64,000 bases of DNA from Chloroflexota bacterium. Lineage in GTDB: Bacteria > Chloroflexota > Dehalococcoidia > UBA2979. The translations under genes and the position numbers were made by a program. The notes beneath the pieces were generated by a model, which ran no database searches, was not told the DNA's origin, and saw only the letters and a list, made by a program, of their open reading frames with translations. The stretch covers positions 50,327-114,326 of the forward strand of contig BTUI01000007.1 in NCBI GenBank assembly GCA_045863195.1, written 5' to 3'. Position 1 is the stretch's first letter. Each line of letters begins with the position of its first letter. Shown here in pieces: positions 53,763 to 63,357 of this stretch.

Positions 53763-54941
53763 CTACCCCCTCGGCAGTCCGAGGCCGCGCGTGGCGATGA
53801 TGTTGCGCTGGATCTCGCTGGTGCCAGCCGCGATCGTCCGCGACACCGTCGAGAGGTAGAGGATGCAGTACTCCCCGCCGAGCGCGGCGCGCGGCTGGCC
53901 CGGGCGCAGCGCGCCCGCGAGCCCGAGCATGTTGATGCCTCGACGCGCGTTCCGCTGCTGCAGTTCGGAGCCGGCCATCTTCGACATGGAGGACTCCATG
54001 TTCGGCACCAAGTGGCGGTCCTGCATCCACGTCACGCGGTAGCCAAGCAGCCGCGCGACCTCCATCTCAATGTGCGTGTCGACGAGCGCCAGCCGGTGCA
54101 TTGGCGTGTCGGCGATGCGCCGGCCCTCCCCGGCCGAGTCCGGCCGCGTGGCGTGCGTGAGCAGCCGCCGGAACGGCGCGACCGCCTCCGCCATGCGGTT
54201 GATGCCGCTCCGCTCGAAGTCGAGCGCGGTGGCGGCCACGTACCAGCCGCGGTTCTCGTCGCCGATCATGTTCTTTGCCGGCACCCGCACGTCCTCGAAG
54301 AACGTCTCGTTGAACCCGGCCTGGTCGTGCATCTGCACAATCGGGCGGAGCGAGATGCCGGGGGTGTCCATGCGCAGCATGAAGTAGGTGATGCCTCGGT
54401 GCTTCGGCGCCTCCGGGTCGGTGCGGGTGAGGACGTGGATCCACTGCGCGTGGTCCGCGCCGCTCGTCCAGATCTTCTGGCCGTTGATCACGAAGTCGTC
54501 GCCGTCTCGGGTGGCGCGCGTCTGGAGCGATGCGAGGTCTGACCCCGATCCCGGCTCGGAGAAGCCCTGGCACCACACCACCTCGCCCGCCGCGATCTTG
54601 GGCAGGTGCTCCCGCTTCTGCTCCTCCGTGCCGTGGATCATCAGCGTGGGCCCCACGCGGTCCGCGCCCTGCCCGCCCGTGGGCGCCGAGGCGAACGCGG
54701 ACTCCTCCGCGAAGATCAGCTGCTCCCAGTACGTGACGCCGCGGCCGCCGTACTCCTTCGGCCACGCCATCGTCAGCCAGCCGTGCTGCGCCAGCGCGCG
54801 CTGGTACCGCACCGAGGCGGCCCCGCCGCCCTCCTCGCCGCCGCCAATCGCGCCGTGGCCGGGCTGCACCCACTCGCGGTCAATGAACGCGCGCACCTCG
54901 TCTCGGAACGTCCGCTGCTCCGGCGTCCAGGTGAAGTCCAT
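53763..54941 (-). CDS. acyl-CoA dehydrogenase (paralogue of 45206-46426)
   Basis: ..VWCQGFSEPGSGSDLASLQTRATRDGDDFVINGQKIWTSGA.., ..GTSEIQRNIIATRGLGLPRG. Confidence 0.9.
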   Translation of the reverse strand: MDFTWTPEQRTFRDEVRAFIDREWVQPGHGAIGGGEEGGGAASVRYQRALAQHGWLTMAWPKEYGGRGVTYWEQLIFAEESAFASAPTGGQGADRVGPTLMIHGTEEQKREHLPKIAAGEVVWCQGFSEPGSGSDLASLQTRATRDGDDFVINGQKIWTSGADHAQWIHVLTRTDPEAPKHRGITYFMLRMDTPGISLRPIVQMHDQAGFNETFFEDVRVPAKNMIGDENRGWYVAATALDFERSGINRMAEAVAPFRRLLTHATRPDSAGEGRRIADTPMHRLALVDTHIEMEVARLLGYRVTWMQDRHLVPNMESSMSKMAGSELQQRNARRGINMLGLAGALRPGQPRAALGGEYCILYLSTVSRTIAAGTSEIQRNIIATRGLGLPRG

Positions 54942-55057
54942 GGTTCGGTCACTCCTTCGCCACGGCGCGCCGGCCGAGGCGGCGCGCGGTCGGGATCCGG
55001 CAGAATCTTACGACCCCGTGAATGATCCCGGAACCGCGCGCCGCCTCGACGCGATCG

Positions 55058-56353
55058 TCAGCCCTCGACGCCCGCGCCCTCCGCGGCGTCCGAGGCGCGC
55101 CGGCGCTCACGCGCGTACAGCGGCAGCGCGGGCGCCAGCACGAGCGCCGCGGCGCTGAGCGCGGCGCGGACAGAGGCGACCTGCGCGAGGAGGCCGAACG
55201 CCGGCCCGCCGGCAATCTGGCCGAGCGCGTTCGCCTGTCCCACCGTGGACAGCACCGTCGCCCGCGTCGCCGGGTCCAGCCCGCGGTTCACCCACGCGAT
55301 GAAGAACGGCTCCTCCGCGTTCCGCGCCCAGACCGTGAGCCAGTACGCGGCGAGCGCGACGCCGAACACCGGTGCGAGGCCGAACGCCAGCATCGACAGG
55401 ACGATCGCGGCGTTCAGCAGCAGGAGCGCGGTGGTCACGGCGCGTGCCCCGCGTGCCGCCCACGGCTCGATCGCGCGGATCACGGCGATGCCGCCGAGTT
55501 GCGAGACCACGAACAGGCCGGTGAACACCGCCACGTCGTCCAGCCCGCCTGGCACGCCGATCTCCTCGATCAGCAGGTAGCCCCAGAGCCGGTCGAACGA
55601 CTCGCTGGACATGCCCATGAGCGCCATGAGGACGAACGCCGCCACCAGCGCCGGCTTCCCGCGCGTCGCCTGGACGCCTCGCACGGCCTGGTCGCGCACC
55701 GAACCCCACGAGGATCGCTCGCCACGCGGCGCGGGGTGCCAGCCGTGCTCCGTCATCGCGAACAGCATGCCGAGGGCAAGCACCGCCATGCCGGCCGCGC
55801 CCACCACGAACGTCCACTGCGGCGCGACAAGCCCGATCGCACCACCAGCCAATGCGCCGAGGATCATGGCGGTGAGCCGCCAGCGCGCGCCGCGCGGGTA
55901 GAGCCTCGCGGCGGCCTCCTCGCCCACCTCGTCCGCCAGCCACGCCTCGCGCGCACCGGAGATGAAGGTGAAGCCGAGGCCCCATAGCGCCTGGCCGAGG
56001 GCGATCGACCAGAACTCCGGCACCGCCATCAGCGCGAACCCGAGGGCGATCACGAGGTAGCCGAGGATCACCGAGAGCCGGCGGCTGATCAGGTCCGCGA
56101 CCACGCCGGTCGGCACCTCGAACAGCAGCGCCGCCGCCTCCATGCCGGTGCCGATGATCATCAACTGGAGCGGGGAGAGCCCCACATCGCGCACGGCGTA
56201 GAGCGCGTACAGGACGACGACGAGCCCCTGCATCGCACCGCTGCCGGCGACGATCAGGAGGTAGAGCCGCCGCGCGTCCAGCGGGCGGCCCGGCAGCAAC
56301 GTCGGCTGCCGGTGGAACCATGACGGTTGAGACACGGGTACCCCTCGCAACAC
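55058..56353 (-). CDS. MFS transporter
   Basis: 431 aa with a multi-TM profile. ..GVVADLISRRLS.. motif-A-like. Confidence 0.8.
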   Translation of the reverse strand: MLRGVPVSQPSWFHRQPTLLPGRPLDARRLYLLIVAGSGAMQGLVVVLYALYAVRDVGLSPLQLMIIGTGMEAAALLFEVPTGVVADLISRRLSVILGYLVIALGFALMAVPEFWSIALGQALWGLGFTFISGAREAWLADEVGEEAAARLYPRGARWRLTAMILGALAGGAIGLVAPQWTFVVGAAGMAVLALGMLFAMTEHGWHPAPRGERSSWGSVRDQAVRGVQATRGKPALVAAFVLMALMGMSSESFDRLWGYLLIEEIGVPGGLDDVAVFTGLFVVSQLGGIAVIRAIEPWAARGARAVTTALLLLNAAIVLSMLAFGLAPVFGVALAAYWLTVWARNAEEPFFIAWVNRGLDPATRATVLSTVGQANALGQIAGGPAFGLLAQVASVRAALSAAALVLAPALPLYARERRRASDAAEGAGVEG

Positions 56354-56588
56354 CCCGGGCGCGCTCAGGCGCGCAGGTCAGGGCCGGACGGTGCCCCCGT
56401 CGCCGCGCGAGGTCAGCGGGTCGCTGCGACGCGTCGCTGCTCTGCGCGCCGGGTGGGGACGGTGTGGATGGCGGAGAGGTGTGCCGTCATGGTCCGTCCG
56501 TTCGTTCCGAGGCGACGCGGATGCGCCGCTGCGCGCACTCTGGCGGCAGCGACGCGGCGCGTCAAGCATTCCGTCGAGGCCGGCGACG

Positions 56589-58967
56589 TCAGTCGATGTT
56601 CGCGCGACGCAGGCGGAGGCTGTTCGCCATCACCGAGACGCTGGAGAGCGCCATCGCGCCGGCCGCGACGATCGGGTTGAGGAACCCGGCGTGCCCGAAG
56701 ATCGGCTGCAGCGCGCGCGGGACCTCGTGCATCCCGAGCATCTCGCGGAACACGATGTAGCCGAGACCGGCCGCGACCGGGATGAGGACGACGTTGTAGC
56801 CAAACGCCCACGCGAGGTTCTGCCACATCGTGCGCATCGTCGCGCGGGAGATGCCGATCGCGTGCGCGACGCCGAGCAGGTCAGCGCGCATCAACGTGAC
56901 GGGCGCCGTCTCCATCGCCACGTCCGTGCCGGTACCGATCGCAATGCCGACGTCCGCCGCGGCGAGCGCGGGTGCGTCGTTGATCCCGTCGCCGACCATC
57001 GCGACGACGCGGCCCTGCTGCTGGAGCGCCTGGACGATCGCCGCCTTGCCTTCCGGCTTCACGTTCGCCTCGACCTGGTCGATGCCCACCTGGCGCGCCA
57101 CGGCGCGTGCCGTGAGTTCGCCGTCACCGGTGAGCATCACTACCTGCACGCCAAGCGTGCGCAATCGCGCGACGCCGTCGGCCGCGCTCGCACGCACGCG
57201 GTCGGCGAGGGCAACCACGCCCGCCGCCTGGCCGTCCACCGCGACGAGGATCGCCGTCTCGCCCTTCGTCTGCGCCTGCTCCGCGAGGAACGGGAGGCGC
57301 AGGCCACCGCGCGTGGTGCCGTCCACCCCGCGCTGCTTCAGGAAGTCCGCGTTCCCGATCAGCACCTCGTGCGTCACCCCGTCGAGCGCGACGGTCGCGG
57401 CGACGCCGAGGCCGGGAAGCGCCTGGAACGTGAGCGGCCAGTCGAGCGCGAGCCCGCGCCGCTCCGCCTCGCGCGTGATCGCCTCGGCATACGGGTGCTC
57501 CGAGCCGCGCTCCGCGGAGGCGACGAGGCGGATCAGCGCCGCCTCGTCGACCGGCGCGCCGGGCACCAGGTCCACGGACGTCACCTCCGGCCGGCCTTCG
57601 GTGATCGTGCCGGTCTTGTCCAGCACCACGGTGTCCACCTGGCGCGCGCGCTGCAGCGCCTCCGCGTTGCGGATCAGGACGCCTCGCTGCGCGGCGCGCC
57701 CGAGGCCGACCATGATCGCGGTGGGCGTCGCCAGGCCGAGCGCGCAAGGGCAGGCGATGATCACCACGGTGACGGCGTTGAGGATCGCGAGCGTCAGCCG
57801 GGGCTCCGGGCCGAACGCCCACCACGCCCCCAGCACGCCGAGCGCGATCACGAGCACGACCGGCACGAAGACGGACGAGATGCGGTCCGCCAGCGCCTGC
57901 ACCGGCGCCTTCGAGGTCTGCGCCTCCTCCACGAGCGAGATGATGCGCGCGAGCGCCGAGTCGGAACCCACCGCCGTCGCCCGGACGCGCAGCAGACCGG
58001 TCGTGTTCATCGTCGCGCCGAAGACGGGCGTGCCGGGCGCCTTCTCCACCGGCACGGACTCGCCGGTGAGCATCGACTCGTCCACGGCCGAGTGGCCCTC
58101 GATCACCTCGCCATCGACCGGGATCTGCTCGCTCGGCCGCACGATCACCACGTCGCCCGCCTGCACGGCGCGCACCGGGATCTCGTACTCCACGCCGTCC
58201 TCCAGCACGCGCGCCAGTTGGGGACGCAGCGCGATCAGCGCACGCACCGCCTCGGACGTCCGCCCCTTGGCGCGCGCCTCCAGCCACCGCCCGAGGAGGA
58301 CGAGACCGATGATCGCGGCGGAGGTGTCGAAGTAGACCTCCGGCTCCAGCCCGTGCACCGCGGAGAAGACGCCCGGCGCGAACGTTGCGACGGTCGAGTA
58401 GAGGAAGGCGGCAGAGGTGCCGGTCGCGATCAGCGTGTTCATGTCGGTGGAGCCGTGGCGGCCCACCTTCCACGCGCCCTGGTAGAACTGCGCACCGGCC
58501 CACACCTGCACCGGCAGCGTGATCAGGAACTGCAGCGGGTTCGCCACGCGCAGCGGGACATCCTGCACCCACCCGATCTCGAGGCCCACCGTCATCCCGC
58601 CGTGGCGCAGGAGCATCCACGTCATGGTCAGCGCCGCGACGGCGAGCGCGAAGGTCATGCGCACGCGCAGCCGGGACTCCTCCGCGCGCCGTTCGCGCTC
58701 GAGCGAGTCGTACTGCGCGTCTTCGTCCTCGCCCGCGTCCGGCAGCACCAACTCGTAGCCCGCGCGGTCGACGGCGGCGCGGAGCGCCTGCACGTCCAGG
58801 CCGGCGGGGGCCTCCACCGTCGCCTGCTCGGTCGCGAGGTTCACGGCCGCCGAGGAGACGCCCTCGACGCCGCCGAGCGCTTTCTCGACGCGGCGCACGC
58901 AGGAGGCGCACGTCATGCCGCGCACGCCGAAGCGGAGCCGCTCGGATGTGATGGGTGCTGCGCTCAT
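56589..58967 (-). CDS. copA: copper-translocating P1B-type ATPase
   Basis: N-terminal HMA GMTCASC, TGES, CPC ([11 protein letters not shown]), [13 protein letters not shown]. Confidence 0.95.
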   Translation of the reverse strand: MSAAPITSERLRFGVRGMTCASCVRRVEKALGGVEGVSSAAVNLATEQATVEAPAGLDVQALRAAVDRAGYELVLPDAGEDEDAQYDSLERERRAEESRLRVRMTFALAVAALTMTWMLLRHGGMTVGLEIGWVQDVPLRVANPLQFLITLPVQVWAGAQFYQGAWKVGRHGSTDMNTLIATGTSAAFLYSTVATFAPGVFSAVHGLEPEVYFDTSAAIIGLVLLGRWLEARAKGRTSEAVRALIALRPQLARVLEDGVEYEIPVRAVQAGDVVIVRPSEQIPVDGEVIEGHSAVDESMLTGESVPVEKAPGTPVFGATMNTTGLLRVRATAVGSDSALARIISLVEEAQTSKAPVQALADRISSVFVPVVLVIALGVLGAWWAFGPEPRLTLAILNAVTVVIIACPCALGLATPTAIMVGLGRAAQRGVLIRNAEALQRARQVDTVVLDKTGTITEGRPEVTSVDLVPGAPVDEAALIRLVASAERGSEHPYAEAITREAERRGLALDWPLTFQALPGLGVAATVALDGVTHEVLIGNADFLKQRGVDGTTRGGLRLPFLAEQAQTKGETAILVAVDGQAAGVVALADRVRASAADGVARLRTLGVQVVMLTGDGELTARAVARQVGIDQVEANVKPEGKAAIVQALQQQGRVVAMVGDGINDAPALAAADVGIAIGTGTDVAMETAPVTLMRADLLGVAHAIGISRATMRTMWQNLAWAFGYNVVLIPVAAGLGYIVFREMLGMHEVPRALQPIFGHAGFLNPIVAAGAMALSSVSVMANSLRLRRANID

Positions 58968-58975
58968 GGTGTGCC

Positions 58976-59242
58976 CTATCGGTTCTTCATCGCGTACAGC
59001 TCGACGAGTTCGTCGAACACCTCGTCGTGACGTCCCTCGGTGACGGCCTCCAGCACGCAGTGGTGCAGGTGGCCGTCCAGAATGCGCGACTCGGCCTTCT
59101 CCACGGCGCGCCGCACGGCGTACATCTGCTTCAGGACGTCCACGCAGTAGGTGTCCTCCTCCACCATGCGGCGGATGCCGTTCAGGTGGCCCTCGATGTA
59201 CGCGAGACGCTTGAGGACGTCCGCCTTGCTGTCGTGATCCAT
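58976..59242 (-). CDS. csoR: CsoR-family metal-sensing transcriptional repressor
   Basis: 88 aa. ..[54 protein letters not shown].. (C-H-C ligand pattern). GGGAGG SD. Start reset to ATG 59242. Confidence 0.88.
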   Translation of the reverse strand: MDHDSKADVLKRLAYIEGHLNGIRRMVEEDTYCVDVLKQMYAVRRAVEKAESRILDGHLHHCVLEAVTEGRHDEVFDELVELYAMKNR

Positions 59243-59282
59243 GTCGCCTCCCGGCGCGAGCGCTGTGGCGGGCCGACGGTCG

Positions 59283-59849
59283 CTACTTCGCGACCGCCAT
59301 CGCGGCTTCCAGGGGCTGGCCCCACGGCATCTGCACGGTCTGCACGTTGACCACCTCGAAGCCGGGCGCCAGCGCGCGCAGCCGCTCGGCCGCGCCGGGG
59401 GCGACGAGGACCTTGTGGTTGCAGCAGGAGTGTGGCTCCTGCTCCGCCTTGGAGCGGTCGTAGTGGAAGACCTCGGTCGTGCTCCCGCAGGGGCAGGAGT
59501 AGACCACGTCCGCGCCGGCATCCGTGCGCTCCGCGCGGTAGGTCGGGACGAACGCCTGCGCCTGGGCGGCGGACGGGGCGACGTGCAGCATCCCGAGCGG
59601 GGTCATCGAGGGGTGCGCGGAGGCCGCCGGGGGAGCCGCAGCGGCGTCGCCCAGCGGGTAGCCCTCGCCGGCCAGCGCCTCCGCGACCTGGTCGAGGACG
59701 GCGCCGCGCTCGACGGTGACGACGAAGGACCGGGCATCCGGGTCGCCGGAGACGAAGTGCGCTCCCTGGATGCCGTCCACGGTCTTGCGGATCGTGGCGA
59801 TGCAGTGGTCGCAGGTGATGTCGGGGGCGAAGAGGGTCATCTGGGGCAT
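59283..59849 (-). CDS. HMA (CopZ-like) domain fused to an uncharacterised Cys/His-rich C-terminal domain
   Basis: ATG 59849 with GGAGG 7 nt upstream. N-terminus MPQMTLFAPDITCDHCIATIRKTV.. (HMA fold, CxxC). Ala/Pro linker. C-terminal ..VVYSCPCGSTTEVFHYDRSKAEQEPHSCCNHKVLV.. Confidence 0.75.
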   Translation of the reverse strand: MPQMTLFAPDITCDHCIATIRKTVDGIQGAHFVSGDPDARSFVVTVERGAVLDQVAEALAGEGYPLGDAAAAPPAASAHPSMTPLGMLHVAPSAAQAQAFVPTYRAERTDAGADVVYSCPCGSTTEVFHYDRSKAEQEPHSCCNHKVLVAPGAAERLRALAPGFEVVNVQTVQMPWGQPLEAAMAVAK

Positions 59850-59890
59850 CGGTGTACCTCCGCGAGCGGGACTGGACTGATGCCGGCATC

Positions 59891-59924
59891 GTACCACAAA
59901 CCCCTACCGGGGGGGTATGGGTAT
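59891..59924. promoter_or_regulatory. candidate CsoR operator in the divergent copZ-like/MFS intergenic region
   Basis: gtaccacaaACCCCTACCGGGGGGGTATgggtat: a C-tract/G-tract pseudo-palindrome. Core at 59900-59918, ~50 nt upstream of the copZ-like ATG. Confidence 0.45.
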
Positions 59925-59984
59925 CGCCGGGCTCCCCTATGCTCCCTGCATCCGGCCTCCCTGGGCCGGCCGACCTGAGAGCGA

Positions 59985-61292
59985 GTGCGGGTGCCTCGGC
60001 GTCTGCGCCTCCCGATCGGGACGAACCTGGGCCAGCGCTGGCGCTTCCGAGGGCGTCCGCTCGCCGATCACCCCCGCACGTCCTACCAGACCCGCGTCTT
60101 CGGCACGCCCGCCCAGCGCTGGTTCTTCCTGGACGGGCTCACGGCCAACGCCTCCGACACCGTGGTCGTCCAGTTCCTCTCCATCTACGCGATCGCGCTG
60201 GGCGCCACGAACACCGAGGTGGGGATGATCGCCATCGCCAACGGTCTCGCAGGGGCGATCGCGCTCTACCCCGGCGCGCGGATCGCGGAACGTGTCGTCT
60301 CCCGCAAGCGCGTCGTGCTCCTCGGCGCGGCCGGCGTGGGCCGGCTGGCGGTGCTGGCGATGGCGCTGACGCCGCTGCTCCTGCGGGAGCCGAGGCACGC
60401 GGTATACGGGCTGATCGCGCTGACGTTCCTGCGCTGGCTCGGCGGGAGCCTGAGCCACCCGTCCTGGGTCTCGCTCCTCGCGGACATCATCCCGCTCGAC
60501 CTTCGGCGGTTCTACGTCTCCCAGCGGATGCTCGGCATGACCGTCGTCGGCGCGTTCGCCGCGCCGGCCGCGGGCTTCGGCATCCGCGCGATCGGGGGCG
60601 TGGAGGGCTTCCAGTGGGTGTTCGCGGCCGCGTTCGCCTTCGGCATCGCGAGCACCTTCTGCTACAGCCGCATCCCGGAGCCGCCGCGCCCGCGCGCGGA
60701 GGACCGCCCGAAGGGGTCGCTGCGCGAGATGCTCGCCGACGGGCCGTTCACCCGGTACCTCGCGGCGACCTTCATGCTCCACACCACCACGATGATCGTG
60801 GGGCCGTTCTTCGCCGCCTACCTGGTGCGCGACCTCGGTGCGACCACCGCCGAGGTCGGCGTGCTGGCGACGGTCGACCTCGCCGCGGCGGTTACGGCGC
60901 AACTCGCGCTCGGGTTCGTGGTGGCCCGATACCCGACCGAGCACCTGGTGCGGATCGTCATGTTCACCTCGCCGTTCATCCCGTTCCTGTGGCTCTTTGC
61001 GACGGAGCCGTGGCACGCGGCGCTCCCGCACCTCGTCGGCGGCGCCTCCTGGGCGGTCTACAACGTGGTCTCCTTCAACCTGCTCATGGAGTACGCCCCC
61101 ACGCGCAACATCCCGAGGTACGCCGCGGTCCATCAGATGACCGTGCTGGTGGCGTCCTTCCTCGGCCCGACGATCGGCACGCTGATCGTCGCCGGGTGGG
61201 GGATCCGGGCGGCGATGGTCATCTCCTCGGCCGGCCGGTTCGTCGCGGCGGGGATGATGTTCCTGCCGGTGAGGAGACCGCCGGCGGCCTGA
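59985..61292 (+). CDS. MFS transporter
   Basis: 435 aa with a multi-TM profile. GTG start. Confidence 0.8.
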   Translation: MRVPRRLRLPIGTNLGQRWRFRGRPLADHPRTSYQTRVFGTPAQRWFFLDGLTANASDTVVVQFLSIYAIALGATNTEVGMIAIANGLAGAIALYPGARIAERVVSRKRVVLLGAAGVGRLAVLAMALTPLLLREPRHAVYGLIALTFLRWLGGSLSHPSWVSLLADIIPLDLRRFYVSQRMLGMTVVGAFAAPAAGFGIRAIGGVEGFQWVFAAAFAFGIASTFCYSRIPEPPRPRAEDRPKGSLREMLADGPFTRYLAATFMLHTTTMIVGPFFAAYLVRDLGATTAEVGVLATVDLAAAVTAQLALGFVVARYPTEHLVRIVMFTSPFIPFLWLFATEPWHAALPHLVGGASWAVYNVVSFNLLMEYAPTRNIPRYAAVHQMTVLVASFLGPTIGTLIVAGWGIRAAMVISSAGRFVAAGMMFLPVRRPPAA

Positions 61293-61378
61293 CGGCCCGG
61301 GGATGGACGCGGGTGGATAATGCCGGCCACCCGGCGTCGCACCGCCTGGGCGGCAGCCGCACCTGCAAGGGATGGGCG

Positions 61379-62635
61379 ATGGCCCCGCAACCGCCGAGCA
61401 CCACCGCCCCGCCGCCCGCGTCGCCGCCCCGTTCCACCCGAGGCAACACGTTCGCATCGCTGAAGCAGCGCGACTTCCGGCTCCTCTGGATCGGCACGGT
61501 CTCGGCGGGCTTCGGCCAGTGGGGACAGCAGATCGGGATGAACTGGCTGGTGTACGTGATCACCGGCTCAGCGCTGCAACTCGGCGCGGTGTCGTTCGCC
61601 AGCGGCATCCTGGCGCTGATCCTCGGGCCGTTCGCCGGGCTGCTCGCGGACCGCTACTCGCGCCGCGCGATCATCATCATCTCGAACGCCCTCGGCGGGG
61701 CGCAGGCGGCGGTCGTCGCGCTGCTCGTGATCACGGACACGATCGTGCTCTGGCACGTCTACGCGTTCGCCCTCTTCTCGTCGCTCACCATGGTCGTGAA
61801 CCAGCCGGCCCGCCAGGCGTACGTGAACGACGTCTCGACGAAGGAGACGCTGGGCAACGCGATCGCGATGAACTCGATCGCCATGAACGCATCGAGGCTC
61901 GTCGGCCCGCCGCTGACCGGCGTGATCGTGGCGTGGAACGTGGGCGCCGCCTTCGTCTTCGTCGCCGCCACGCGCCTCCTCGCGGCCGTCGCCGCGGCGG
62001 CGATGCGGCGGCGCATGCAGGAGGCGCTCCCGAAGCGCAACCCGCTCCGCGAGGTGGTCGATGGCTTCTCCTACCTCGGGCGCGACCGGCTGCTGCTCCT
62101 GCTGCTGATCGCGAACGGACTGCCTTCGCTCCTCGTGTACCCGTACATCAACTTCATGCCGATCTACGCGGAGGAGATCTTCGGACGCGGGGCAGAGGCG
62201 TACGGGCTGCTGGTCTCGATGCTCGCGGTGGGGTCGATCATCGGCCTGATCGGGCTTGCCTACTTCGGCGATGTCCGCCGGAAGGGCTCGGTGTTCCTCG
62301 CTGCGTTCATCATCTACCTGTGCCTGGTGCTCACGTTCTCTCGCGTCGATGTCTTCTACCCGGCGCTCGCGATCCTCGCGACGGCGGGGTTCTTTCACGG
62401 GCTGGCGACCACGCTGAACAACACGGTGTTCCAGTCCGCGCTGCGGCCGGACATGCGCGGCCGAGGGATGGCGGCGTTCCAGATGGGCGCGGGGCTCATG
62501 CCGCTGGGCGCCCTCTCGATGGGCTTCGCCGTAGAGCACCTGGGCGTCCAGAATGGTGCGGCGCTCTGCCAGTTCATCTGCCTCTGCGGCATCGCCGCGA
62601 TCGCGATCTTCGGAAAGTCGGTACACCGCGCATGA
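61379..62635 (+). CDS. MFS transporter
   Basis: Start reset to ATG 61379. ..FRLLWIGTVSAGFGQWGQQIGMNWLVY.., GLLADRYSRR motif A. The track fuses it to a 509-codon false extension. Confidence 0.85.
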   Translation: MAPQPPSTTAPPPASPPRSTRGNTFASLKQRDFRLLWIGTVSAGFGQWGQQIGMNWLVYVITGSALQLGAVSFASGILALILGPFAGLLADRYSRRAIIIISNALGGAQAAVVALLVITDTIVLWHVYAFALFSSLTMVVNQPARQAYVNDVSTKETLGNAIAMNSIAMNASRLVGPPLTGVIVAWNVGAAFVFVAATRLLAAVAAAAMRRRMQEALPKRNPLREVVDGFSYLGRDRLLLLLLIANGLPSLLVYPYINFMPIYAEEIFGRGAEAYGLLVSMLAVGSIIGLIGLAYFGDVRRKGSVFLAAFIIYLCLVLTFSRVDVFYPALAILATAGFFHGLATTLNNTVFQSALRPDMRGRGMAAFQMGAGLMPLGALSMGFAVEHLGVQNGAALCQFICLCGIAAIAIFGKSVHRA

Positions 62636-63285
62636 CGTTCGCCTCCTACACCTACCACCCCGGCACACCCGGCCCGCTCCCCACCGTGGTCGCGATCCAC
62701 GGACACGGCGCGAACGGCCAGGACCTCCTCGGCCTGGGCCCGCTGCTCGCGGGCGGGCGGCTGCTCGTCATCTGCCCGGAGGCGGAGTTCACCCTGCAGC
62801 CCGGCATGCCCTCCTACACCTGGTTCCGCCGCGACGACGCCGGACAGCGGACGCCCGAGGAGTTCGAGCGCGTCGCGCGGCTCCTTCACGTCTTCGTGGA
62901 CGAGGCGGTGACGAAGGCCGGCGGCGATCCGGCGCGCGTGGTGCTCCTGGGCTTCTCGCAGGGCGGGTCGCTCGCCTTCCGCCTCGGGCTCGCGGAGCCC
63001 GCGCGCTGGCGCGGCGTCGCGGCGCTCTCCACGTGGCTCCCGGACGAGGCGGTGACCGCCGCCGACCCGAGCGCCCTCGGCAGCCTGCCCCTCCTCGTGC
63101 AGCACGGGAGCACCGACCCGGCGATCGAGGTCGCCCGCGCGCGCTCCTCCCGCGACCGGCTGGAGGAGATCGGCGCGAAGCCCGACTACCGCGAATACAG
63201 CATGGGCCACCAGATCGGCCCGGAGAGCCTGACGGACCTCTCCCGCTGGCTGGAGCGCGTGTTCGCCCTCCCCGCCCTGGGGTGA
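62632..63285 (+). CDS. phospholipase/carboxylesterase-family alpha/beta hydrolase
   Basis: The ATG overlaps the MFS stop (ATGA). ..VVAIHGHGANGQDL.., nucleophile elbow GFSQGG, ..LLVQHGSTDP.., ..MGHQI.. Confidence 0.85.
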   Translation: MTFASYTYHPGTPGPLPTVVAIHGHGANGQDLLGLGPLLAGGRLLVICPEAEFTLQPGMPSYTWFRRDDAGQRTPEEFERVARLLHVFVDEAVTKAGGDPARVVLLGFSQGGSLAFRLGLAEPARWRGVAALSTWLPDEAVTAADPSALGSLPLLVQHGSTDPAIEVARARSSRDRLEEIGAKPDYREYSMGHQIGPESLTDLSRWLERVFALPALG

Positions 63286-63357
63286 CCGCGGGCGTCCTCG
63301 CCCCGGTGTCGTAGACTGCCCGCGGCGTCGAGCGACCACACCGAGCGGGAGGGCTCC

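Noticed and set aside
56354-56588. 235-nt gap between copA and the MFS gene, with a 12-bp perfect palindrome GCGACGCGTCGC (about 56437-56450) and a short minus-strand ORF (MTAHLSAIHTVPTRRAEQRRVAATR)
   Set aside because: A GC-only palindrome is common in 70% GC DNA. The mini-ORF has no SD and an Arg-rich composition. Evidence is insufficient to call an operator or a gene.
56391-59030. 879-aa plus-strand ORF across the copA/csoR region
   Set aside because: It is an antisense shadow of the P-type ATPase, which has all canonical motifs on the minus strand.
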